From a bacterium (lineage in GTDB: Bacteria > UBA8248 > JACPRG01 > G963555815), in assembly GCA_965261595.1 (NCBI GenBank), contig CBDHDG010000004.1, positions 384,001-448,000 on the forward strand: a stretch of 64,000 nucleotides of DNA. The letters run 5' to 3'. Positions 54,197 to 64,000 of this stretch are shown piece by piece (position 1 is the first letter of the stretch; every line of letters begins with the position of its first letter). A program made the translations under genes and the position numbers. The notes below the pieces were generated by a model. It searched no databases. It was not told the DNA's origin and saw only the letters and a program-made list of their open reading frames with translations.

Positions 54197-54880
54197 ATGC
54201 CCCCCGAGCCCCTGATGACGCTGGAAGAAAAGCTCAACCCCGAGTGGACGGCCCTGGTGTGCATCGACTACCAGAACGACTTTTGCGCCAAGAAGGGCGC
54301 GCTGGATCAGTGCGGGTTCGATGTCGCGCCCATGGCCGCCGTCGCCCCCAAGCTGGGCCGCCTGATCGACGAGGCGCGCGACTCGGGCGTCCCCATCATC
54401 TTCGTCCGCAACATCTACGCCACCAACCAGGGTTGGTACTTGTCGGAGGTGACCCGCTCCCAGACCAAGCGGACGCTTCGGGGCCTGAACCACGGGGTCC
54501 GGCTTTGCGAGAAGGACACCTGGGGGTGGGATTACTTCGGCGAGGTCAGGACCCGAGACGGAGATTGCGAAGTTTTCAAGCATCGTTACAACGCGTTTAT
54601 CGACACCGACCTGCCCCTCATCCTGCGCAGCAAGGGGATTCGCACGTTGATCATCTGCGGGGTGACGACCAACGTCTGCGTCGAATCAACAACGCGCCAC
54701 GCCTACTTCCTGGACTATTATTGTGTGGTTCCCGATGACGCCGTTGCGGCCTACGGGGACGACCTGCACGAGATGGCGCTGAAGAACATCGACTTTCTCT
54801 TCGGCGAAGTGACCGGGAGCGACAAGATCATCGAAACCCTCGCGGCCAACGCAAAGGCGCGGACGGCGGGTCAGGCGTAA
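54197..54880 (+). CDS. Isochorismatase-family cysteine hydrolase (RutB-like)
   Basis: IDYQNDF, KHRYNAF, GVTTNVCVEST. Confidence 0.88.
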   Translation: MPPEPLMTLEEKLNPEWTALVCIDYQNDFCAKKGALDQCGFDVAPMAAVAPKLGRLIDEARDSGVPIIFVRNIYATNQGWYLSEVTRSQTKRTLRGLNHGVRLCEKDTWGWDYFGEVRTRDGDCEVFKHRYNAFIDTDLPLILRSKGIRTLIICGVTTNVCVESTTRHAYFLDYYCVVPDDAVAAYGDDLHEMALKNIDFLFGEVTGSDKIIETLAANAKARTAGQA

Positions 54881-54945
54881 GCGTCATTCACTCCGACCCG
54901 AAGCGGGAGGGGAGGAGTCGGTTAAACCTCCAGCCACCTACCGAA

Positions 54946-54968
54946 GGCGGCCAAGATGGCCGCCCTAC
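54946..54968 (-). repeat. Single GTAG-type REP
   Basis: Reverse complement gtagggcggccatcttggccgcc. Confidence 0.55.
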
Positions 54969-55015
54969 CCTCGTTTCGTGCTATCACAAGAAAATTGGCC
55001 CATTGTCCGAATGCC

Positions 55016-56458
55016 GAGCCTGTCCCATTCATAGTTGAAGGTTGAGAAAAAGAGGTGGCGGTTCACTCCTGCCGACTCGGTTAGAATCGGGTTGGCAAAC
55101 ATTCAAAGAGGAGGAACCGCCATGAGTGAAGCTTACCAGATCATCGAGAAGAAAGAGACCCAAAGGTTGGCCGCCTTTGTGGCGGAGCATGGGCAGGCGT
55201 TTTTTCCTCTGGTGTCGCTGGTGGAGCAGTCCCAACTGGCGGTGGAGGACCTGATGGACGTCATGGGCCGGGCGGGCCTGGAGGCCGTGCTTTTGCTGTC
55301 GGCCAAGGGCTTGACGGGCGCGCCGCATCCAGGCAAGCGGGGTGGCGAGGTCCGCCGGCACGGCAGCCAGGGGGGCCGGGTGACCCTGAAGGGGTGCAAG
55401 CTGAAGGTGAGAAAGCCGCGGCTTCGCCGCCGGGGCCAGGGTCGGGGCGGGGAGGTGGAGATGCCGGCGTATGCGGCCATGCAGGCCGACCCCGGGCTGG
55501 GGGAGCGGATGCTGGATTTGCTGATGCGAGGGGTCTCGACGCGGAACTACGCGGCCGTTCTTCCCGAGCTGGCCGAGACGGTGGGGGTGTCGAAGTCGGC
55601 CGTGAGCCGGGAGAGCATCGAGGCGGCCGAGGCGAAGCTGCGGCGTCTTTGTGAGCGGCGTTTTGACGACATCGACCTCCTCATCCTCTACCTGGACGGT
55701 CTGCGCTTCGGCGCGCATCACGTCATCGTGGCCGTTGGGGTGGACACACGGGGCCAAAAGCACGTTCTGGGCCTGAGGTCGGGCGCCACCGAGAACGCCA
55801 CGGTCGTGACGGCGCTTCTTGAGGAGTTGGTGGAGCGCGGCGTGCGGCCCGGGCGGCGTCGGCTTTTCGTCATCGACGGCTCGAGGGCGCTTCGTGCGGC
55901 GATTGACCGGGTGTACGGGGACGACAATCCGGTGCAGCGGTGCCGCAACCACAAGGTGAAGAACGTGATGGACCACCTGCCCGAGGAGTTGAAGGACCCG
56001 GTGAAGGCGACGATGAAGGCGGCCTGGCGGCTGGCGCCGAAGGAGGGGATTGCCCGTCTGCGCAAGCAGGCCCGGTGGCTTCAGATCGAGCATCCGGACG
56101 CGGCCGCCAGCCTTTTGGAGGGTCTGGAGGAGATCTTCACCGTCAACCGCTTGGCTCTTCCGCCCGGCCTTCGGCGCTGCCTGGTGAGCACGAACCTGAT
56201 CGAGAGTCCCTGTTCGGGGGTGCGGATGCGCACCCGGCGCGTCGGCCGCTGGCGGGACGGGGCGATGGTGAAAAGGTGGGCCGCTTCCGCCTTCCTCGCC
56301 ACCGAGAAGAACTTCCGTCGCCTGGACGGCTACCGGGACCTGTGGATCCTGAAGGCCGTTCTGGACGAGCCCCGCTTTGACACCCGAGAGGAGGTCGCAT
56401 AAGGTGAACCACACACGGACCGCCGCCTCAAACCTTCAACTGAATTCGGGACACCCTC
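55016..56458 (+). mobile_element. IS256-family element, intact (transposase 55122-56402)
   Basis: IRs GAGcctGTCCC..AGTTGAAGGTT; 8-bp target duplication CGAATGCC; LYLDG, VIDGS, QRCRNHK, STNLIES. Confidence 0.93.
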
Positions 56459-56705
56459 CGAATGCCGGAGCCTTCCAACGGAAGGCGGGCATTCGGACAA
56501 GTGTAGAAGCCACGGTCGGCCACAGACGGACGATTCAATCACTCCGCACCCAACCCGGTAAGGCCAAGCCAACGGCTTGGCCGCAAAAAGTTTTTCGGGG
56601 GGTTCCCAACCCCTGGGAGGGGTCCAGGGGGGCGGTTTTTCAAAAAAGCCCCCCGTGGCGGGTTTTCTTGCCTGAAAGTCGGGTTCGAGATCGAAAGCGC
56701 GACAA

Positions 56706-57206
56706 TCAGGACGCCTCGGCCCGCATCTTCTCCGCCGCCCGGTGGACGGCCCGGAGGATGTCGGCGTGGGCGCCGCAGCGGCAGTAGTTGCCCAGGAGAT
56801 ACTCCCGGATCTCCGCGTCGCTCGGCGAATGGTTCTCCGACAGCAGCCCCTTCACGGCCATGATCATCCCCGGCGTGCAGTACGCGCACTGGAAAGCCGA
56901 CTCCTCGATGAAGGCCGTCTGGACCGGGTCCGGTTCGCCGTTGCGCGAGAGGCCCTCGATGGTCAGGATCTCCCGCTCCGGGCCGATCTGCGCGACGAGC
57001 GTCAGGCAGGCGCTGATCGGCTCGCCGTCAAGCAACACTGTGCAGGTCCCGCAAGCGGAGACGCCGCACCCCTCCTTCGGGCCGGTCAGATCGAGGCCGT
57101 CTCTCAAGACATCCAAAAGCAGGGCGTTGTCCCGCACGAAGACGGTCCGGCGCTCTCCATTTACGTTGAGCTCGACGGGACGCGAGGCCCGGTCTTCCGA
57201 AGTCAT
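56706..57206 (-). CDS. [2Fe-2S] small subunit of a xanthine-dehydrogenase-family enzyme (CoxS-like)
   Basis: GCGVSACGTC, QCAYCTPG, GNYCRC. Confidence 0.92.
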   Translation of the reverse strand: MTSEDRASRPVELNVNGERRTVFVRDNALLLDVLRDGLDLTGPKEGCGVSACGTCTVLLDGEPISACLTLVAQIGPEREILTIEGLSRNGEPDPVQTAFIEESAFQCAYCTPGMIMAVKGLLSENHSPSDAEIREYLLGNYCRCGAHADILRAVHRAAEKMRAEAS

Positions 57207-57238
57207 CCCCCTCCCCTCCCCTGATGCGGCTCTTAACG

Positions 57239-59599
57239 TCAAACGGACGCGCCGCCCTTTTTTACTTTCCGGATTGCGCGGAGGACCTTTTCCGGCGTCA
57301 CCGGCAGGTCGCGGACCCGAACGCCCACGGCGTCGTGAATCGCGTTGAGGATGGCCGGGGTCGTCGCGATGCACCCGGTCTCTCCCACCCCCTTGGCCCC
57401 GAACGGCCCATTGGGGTGCGCCTCCTCCAGGACAACCGGGACGAAATCGCCCGGAATATCGTCGAACGTGGGCATCATGTATTCCAGGAAGCTGCCGTTT
57501 GTGAGCTGGCCGTCCCGGTAGTCCATGTGCTCGAAGAGCGTCAGGCCGACGTTCAGCGTTGCGGCCCCCACGAGCTGCTGCTCGCATTGCCTCATGTTGA
57601 TGGCCTTGCCCACGTTGCCGGCCAGGTGCAGACGCGTCACACGAACGGTCCCCGTCTCTGGGTCCACCTCCACTTCGGCGAAGGCCGCGCTGGAGGTCCA
57701 GTTGACGCTCAGATTGTCGGTGTGGCCTGTCTCGGGGTCCTCGGGCGTCGACTAGGTCTGGAAGGCCCCCCGGCCGATGAGATAACCCGCCGGGGGCTTG
57801 GACATCGCTTTCAGAAAAACCTCGGGGAGGGATAGCCCCCTGTCCGGGAACCCTTGCACGAACACCTTCCCCTCGGCCAGGTCGAGCTGATCCGGCGGGG
57901 CTTCGAGAAGCTCCGACGCGGCGGCGAACAATTCTCCGCGAATCTCCGCCGTGGCCCGCTGGATGGCGTTGCCCATATGGAAAGTCGAGCGGCTGCTCGC
58001 CGTCCCCATGTCGAATGGCGTGGCATCGGTGTCGGGCCGAACCAGCCGGACCTGCTCCACGGTAATCCCCAGGCACTCGGCCGTCATCTGGGACAGGACC
58101 GTGTCGCATCCCTGCCCCATCTCGACCGTGCTGACGAAGACCTCCGCGCTGCCGTCGGGGTTGAGGATCACCGTGGCTTCGGAGCCCGAGGGCGTGGCGG
58201 TGGTCTTGATCGCCAGGCCGACGCCCCTTCCCCGGGCGAGCCCGCCCTCCGAAGCGGGGGAGGGGGAGGGGGAGGGGGAGAAGGCCTTTCCGTCCGCTTT
58301 CCAGCCAAAGGCGTCCGCCGCGCCATGGAGGGACTCCTTGATCGAGACGCAATCAAGGATCTCTCCGGTCGGGTATCGGTCACCCTCCTGAAGGGCGTAC
58401 TCCATTCTCAGACCCACGGGGTCGCGTCCCAGATATTCGGCGACCTGATCCATGTGGGTTTCCTGGGCGAAGGTGATCTGCGGGACCCTAAAGCCCCGGA
58501 ACGCCCCGGCCGGCGTTTTGTTCGTGTACACCAAGTGGGAATCAATCCGGCAATTGGGGATCCTGTACGGTCCGTTCGCCGTGGAGGCCGCCTTCCAGGC
58601 CACGCGGGGACCGCTCTCGGCGTAGGCCCCGCAGTCGTAGTAGATCTCGAATTGCTGGGCGGAAATACCACCATCCGGACTCACGGCGGTCTTGAGCTTT
58701 ACGACCGCGCCATGCTTGGAGCACAGGTAAAAGACTTCTTCCCGCCGAATGACGGCCCGCACGGGACGCCCAGTCACCTTGGAGAGGAGAACGGGGAAGG
58801 GCTCCATTTTCAGGTAGAGCTTGCCCCCGTACCCGCCGCCCAGGTAGGGGGAGATCACCCGGACCTGATTCTGGGGCGCGCCGAACATCGCGGCCAGCCA
58901 CAACCGGCTGGAGGAGGGGCTCTGCGTCGAGGTCCAGACCGTGACATGTCCGCTCCGGTCCACCCGCGCCAAGGCGGCGTGGGGCTCGAGGTGCGCGTGC
59001 TGGGCGGGGGGCGACGTGAAGGTGTCCTCGAACACCCGTTGCGCCTCGGCGAACGCGCGGTCGACATCCCCCACCCGCTGCCGGTAGTGGGTGCAAATGT
59101 TGCTGTCCGGGCCGTGATGGCTGGCCTGGATCAGGGGGAACAGGGGGCCGTTGCGGACGACATCGTGCAAAACGGGCGAGCCCGGCCGCGCCGCGGCCAG
59201 GACGTCATCGACGATGGGAAGCGGATCGTAATCGACGCGGACAAGGGCGGCGGCGGCTTCGGCCTGTTCCTGTGTGTCGGCGGCCAGGGCGACAACGGCC
59301 TCGCCGATGAAGCGGACTTTTCCGATGGCGAGGAGGGGTTGGTCCGGGAAGATCATCCCGAAATAAGGGTCAACCCCCGGCATCTCCGCAAACGCCTGTC
59401 CGGTGACGACGGCCCGGACGCCCGGAGCGTCTTTCGCGCCGGAGACATCGATCCCGAGGATTCGCGCGTGGGGGTGGGCGCTGCGATGAATGGCGCAATG
59501 GAGCATCCCGGGGAGTTTCATGTCGCCGGTGTAGATCGGCTCTCCCAGGACCTTCGGCCAGCCATCGACCCGACGGACGTTCTTTCCGACGTTGCTCAT
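57239..59599 (-). pseudogene. Xanthine-dehydrogenase-family molybdopterin subunit (CoxL-like), in-frame TAG at 57752-57754
   Basis: GGGYGGK, EMGQG, TASSRST, EVEVDPETG, GAKGVGE; same frame on both sides of the TAG. Confidence 0.88.
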
Positions 59600-59626
59600 C
59601 CACGGACTCCCGTTCGGCCCGGCCGG

Positions 59627-60484
59627 CTACCTGATCGGCGGCCCCGCCAGATGCCGGTTCGTGTAAATCTCATCCACAGGGATATCCATTTTGATGTTCC
59701 ACGCGTCGATGGTGAAATCGCGCGTCCTTTTCATCTTCGCCCGGTCGATCCAGCCATAGCCCTTTGTGGCAAAGGACGGGCCCTTCATCAGCTTGTCGGT
59801 GGCCCGCGCCTGGTCCAGGACGATGGAACGCTTGAGTGTCGGAAACCGCTTAACGACCAGGCCCGCCGCCGCGTCCAGGTTCTTGGACACCCAGGCGTAT
59901 CCCTGATAGGAGGCCCGAACGAACCTGTCGATGACCCGAGGCTTGGCGTCTATCAGTTCCTTGCTCGTGATGATCCCGTCACCGTAAACATCCAGGCCGA
60001 AGAGGTCGCTCAACTTGCGGACGCCGATGTCGACGCCCTTCTTCACCGCCGCCATCTTGACGATGGAGGCGTAGCTTCCCAGCGGGCAGTCCAAAAAATC
60101 CGTCTTGCCCGAAAAGAGCGCCGGGAGGGTCAGCGCGGGTTTCATCTTGATGAAAGCAATCCTGTCCCGGCCGACTTTCGCGTTGTCCATCATGATCGGC
60201 AGGACGGCCCGGACGGGAGAAAATCCGGTGACGCCGACCCGCTTTCCGGCCAGATCCCGGGGCGTGGCGAGGGTCATCTTGGCCCGGTCATAGCAAAGCG
60301 CCGTCGCAAAGGTGTCGTTGATCGCCCCGACCATCAGGGTTCTGCCGCCTTTGGTCCGGTTCAGGACAATCCCCTCGGGGGTTCCCCACCCGAAATGGGA
60401 CAACCCGTCGGCAACATCGTCGACGGTGCGAAGTGCGCCGTATCCCCGCATCAGGGCAACGTCGAGGCCCTCTTTCTTATAAAA
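59627..60484 (-). pseudogene. NMT1/THI5-like substrate-binding protein, 5' end removed by IS1380
   Basis: FYKKEGLDVALMRGYG, DLAGKRVG, YGDGIIT; no signal peptide remains. Confidence 0.8.
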
Positions 60485-63400
60485 CCCGCATTTCCCATAT
60501 GGATGATAATTTTTAACGCCCCGAAGGCCGTTTTCTCGTGTAAAATCAAGGTGTTGGCCTCTCCCTGCCATCATCTTGCGAGGGGACCCGATGGGTGAAG
60601 CGAAAAAGAGGCCGTTGAGGCTCCAATTCGACGGTCGGCTCAGGCTGGAGTTTCACGGAGCAAAGGTTACGAGTGACGCCGGTTTGCTTGCCTATCGTGA
60701 ACTGGATGAGGTGTTGGGGCTGACGAAGGCGGCCGAGGGGTTTCTGTCCGATTCACGGACGGGCGGGAACACCCGGCACAGCCTCACCGCTTTGGTGCGC
60801 CAGTCGGTCTACAGCCGCCTGGCAGGATATAAAGACACCAATGATGCCGAGCGGCTCTGTGTCGATCCCGCCATGCGTCAGGTGGTTGGGGGGCGAGCGA
60901 AGTATCACACCGCTGCCTCCACCAGCCAGATGAGCCGATTCGAGACGCAGACCCTCACCCGGCCCCTTAACCCCTCAAGGCGCTGAGCGGTCTGCCCGGT
61001 GTGTTGGTGGATCGTGTCCGCAAACGCAAGCCGATTCGCAAGCTGATCCTGGACATGGACAGTTCGGTCAGCCCGACCCACGGTGAGCAGGAAGGCTCTT
61101 CCTACAACGGCCACTTCGGCTGCACCTGCTATCACCCACTGTTTTGCTTCAACCAGTTTGGCGATCTGGAGCGGGCGCTGTTGCGCAACGGCAAGGTCCA
61201 CAGCGCTGATGACTGGTGGTCTGTATTGGAGCCGGTGGTAGCTCGCTACCGGGATGCGAAGGTCTGTCGGTTTTTTCGAGGCGACGCGGCATTTGCCAAG
61301 CCGGAGGTGTACCGATACCTTGAGGCGGAGGGCTACTCCTATGCGATTCGGCTTCCGGCCAACGCCATCTTGTACAGGGACATCGAATGCCTTCTGACCC
61401 GGCCGGTTGGCCGACCGCCCAAAAGGCCCATTATCTTCTACCACAGCGTCTCCTATCAGGCGGCTAGTTGGGAGAAGCCTCTCCCCCGCTCTAGGGTTTT
61501 GTTGGACACTCGATTGATCCATGATTCATGGAGAAAGGGGTGTCGCGATGAACGAACAAAAGCAAGAGGGGGCTTTGGCGGAGGGCGCCCGCAGGGCGAA
61601 CGGAGCCAAGGCCCCAGGGCATCGCAGTGAGCGGGGTCGGTTCTCCTGCCAGCGCAAGCGGGAGGCGGTCCTGCGTCTTTTGCGGGGCGAGAGCCTGGAG
61701 ACGCTCTGCCGCGAGTTGGGCACGACAGCGGCTCGGCTTTCCGCCTGGCGCGAGGCGTTCCTTCGCGGGGGCGAGGCGGCGCTCAAAGCCCGCCCGGCGG
61801 ATGAGCGGGACGAGGAGAACGCCCGGCTCAAGGCCAAGGTGGGCGAACTCACGATGGAGGGCGAGGTCCTGCGGGAGAAGATCGACCGCCTGGAGGCCGG
61901 CCGCCCTTTAGCCGGCAGGAGGTGGAGGCGATGAGTCAGGCCCGCTTCACCTCCACGGGCAGAGCCTACGGCCTGAAGCGGGTGTGCGCCCTTTGGGGCT
62001 TGGCGCGCTCCACGGTCTACGCGCAACGGCGGCGAGAGGCGGTCCCCGTTCATGAACGCCCCACGCCCAATAAGCGCGGCCCTGTGGGCCCGTGCACCGA
62101 TGCGGAACTCCTCGGCCACATCCGGCAGGTCCTGGAGGACTCTCCCTTCCATGGCGAGGGCTACCGCAAGGTGTGGGCGAGGCTGCGCTTCGCGGGCATC
62201 CGCACCAGCAAGGAGCGGGTGCGTCGCCTGATGCGGGAGGCGGGGCTTCAGGCCCCCCACCGGGTGGGCAAACCCCGAGGTCCCAAGGCCCACAACGGGA
62301 CCATCCGCACCGAGCGGCCCGACCGAATGTGGGGCACGGACATGACGACGACGGTGACCACCGAGGAGGGGATGGCCTCGGTGTTCGTGGCGGTGGATCA
62401 CTGCTCGGTGGACTGCGTGGGGATCCATGCGGCCAAGAGCGGCAACCGCTTCGAGGCCCTGGAGCCGATCCGGCAGGGGGTCGCCGAGCGCTTCGCCGGC
62501 TTGGAGGCGGACGTCGCCGAGGGGCTTAAAGTTCGTCACGACCACGGCCCCGCCTATCTGTCCGATGACTTTCAGCGGGAGATCGCCTACCTGGGCATGA
62601 CCAGTTCGCCCAGCTTCGTGCGGGCGCCCGAGGGAAATGGCTACTGTGAGTGGTTCATCCGCATCTTGAAGGAGAATCTCCTGTGGGTGCGCTCTTTCGC
62701 CACCGTAGAGGAACTGCGGTGGGCGCTGCTTGAGTTCAAGAACCTGTATAACCATCATTGGATTCTCGAGGGCTACGGCTACCGAACGCTGGCCCAGGCA
62801 AGGCAGGAAAAACTCGCTCAAGTTGCGGAGGCCGCATGAGGTCGAATACCCTCACCCGAGTGTCCAATAACCCAGGGGCGGTCCACTCGCCGGGTGGTGG
62901 TGGCGGTCGAGTGGCACCAGGGCGAGTTGTTTCCAAGAGTCAGCTTCATCGTGACCAACCTGCACTGGCGGGAAGAGAACGTCGTGAGGTTCTACAACCA
63001 GCGTGGGACGGCGGAGCAGTGGATCAAGGAGGGCAAGTACGCCCTGAACTGGACGCGCCTGTCCTGCCACGGCTTTGAAGAGAACCAGGTCCGCTTGCAA
63101 CTATTTGCCTTGGCGTACAACCTGGCAAACTTCCTGCGGCGGCTGGCGTTGCCCAGAGCGGTGAAGCACTGGTCGCTGACGACGTTACGCGAGAAGCTGA
63201 TTAAGATTGGGGCCAAGGTGGTCACCCACGCCCGGCACACCACCTTCCAGATGGCCGAGGTGGCCGTGCCGCGTCAACTGTTCAGGGCAATCCTTGAACG
63301 AATTCGACGGTTGTGGTTACCGCCTCCCGTACCAGATACCGGATGACGGAGCAGATGGCCCGGAAGCTTAGTGACGTGGTGGAGACGGGGGATCAGTCTG

Positions 63401-63586
63401 TGCCGAACTCCCCTGAGTGTGCCGGTAGAGCTGGGTTTTCAAGGGATTGCGGCTTTAGGACGGCCGTTGCCCCTCGATTGAGCAGAGGGTTCTGCAAAGA
63501 GACCCTGAATCTGTAGTAAAATGGGGTACTTTGATGACACAGGAGGACCGCAGGATGGCTAAGAGTGGTCATCTGGGAAATCCCGG
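60485..63586 (+). mobile_element. IS1380-family element (transposase 60591-63346, frameshift near 60972, interrupted by element C)
   Basis: IRs CCCGCATTTCCCATATG / [52 protein letters not shown]. Confidence 0.88.
61482..62885 (+). mobile_element. IS3-like element C, copy 4
   Basis: 1404 bp; 3-bp target duplication CTC; excision restores WEKPRRVV of the IS1380 transposase. Confidence 0.93.
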
Positions 63587-63823
63587 TTTAAATCAAGACA
63601 ACTCTTGTATTGACCACCCGTTGCTCTTTAACTCAATTAGAGCCCTCTTTACCGGGGCTGTCAACACCATTTCGGGCGCCTGAAACCCTGATCGGAGCGG
63701 TATCCGCCATTGGAAAACCATGTCAGCGCCGGCGTGTAAACGGGCTTGACCACCAGGTTTGGAGTCTTCGTCATTTTGCCCTTGTGTGGACTCCGCTTAG
63801 GGTCGCTAGACAGGCACCGGGCA

Positions 63824-64000
63824 TCATCGCTTGATTCTCTCCAAGATAAGGGCAAATGTCTTCCTGGATACACCGACCTCGGCCAACTGGAAGGTGATGT
63901 GGCGGGCGTACCGCACGAGCCGGCCGCCCATTTTGAGGAGCTTAAGCTGAAGGCCGCGTAACGACCAGTGCTTGATCCCTCTCGGCAGGCCAGCAATCCC
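63824..64000 (-). CDS. Second IS1380-family transposase, 3' end (runs off the window)
   Basis: LPRGIKHWSLRGLQLKLLKMGGRLVRYARHITFQLAEV, homologous to the tail of 62894-63346. Confidence 0.8.
   Translation of the reverse strand, partial: GIAGLPRGIKHWSLRGLQLKLLKMGGRLVRYARHITFQLAEVGVSRKTFALILERIKR

Noticed and set aside
57752..57754. Pyrrolysine or programmed readthrough of the TAG
   Set aside because: No pyl genes in the window, the position is in a variable linker, and the operon shows other signs of decay

Overview
GC-rich bacterial window made of three blocks. (1) 1-22.5 kb, mostly intact metabolic genes: TPR protein, RAYT with REPs, a rhodanese/YeeE/TusA module, two small paralogs (one with an in-frame UGA exactly where its neighbour has Cys, followed by a SECIS-like hairpin), acyl-CoA ligase, znuA/zur-znuCB, four Rieske oxygenase alpha subunits, M24 peptidase, SDR, and a Crp/Fnr-USP-DoxX operon. 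(2) About 22.6-52 kb, a decaying mobile island: MOBF relaxase plus frameshifted coupling protein, an F-like oriT candidate, a NYN RNase preceded by promoter, small structured RNA and terminator, a Calx-beta autotransporter, RecD2, DUF2493, and many IS3/IS481/IS110 pieces. (3) 52.6-64 kb, N-heterocycle catabolic genes (cyclic amidohydrolase, isochorismatase, xanthine-dehydrogenase-like Mo enzyme, NMT1/THI5 binding protein) interrupted by IS256, IS1380 and IS3. No rRNA, tRNA or CRISPR array was seen. The two best novelty candidates are the putative selenoprotein (3613-3888) and the putative RNA-antitoxin/NYN module (30591-31320). All family calls come from motif recognition by eye, with no database search. 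The many frameshifts may be real decay or assembly error.
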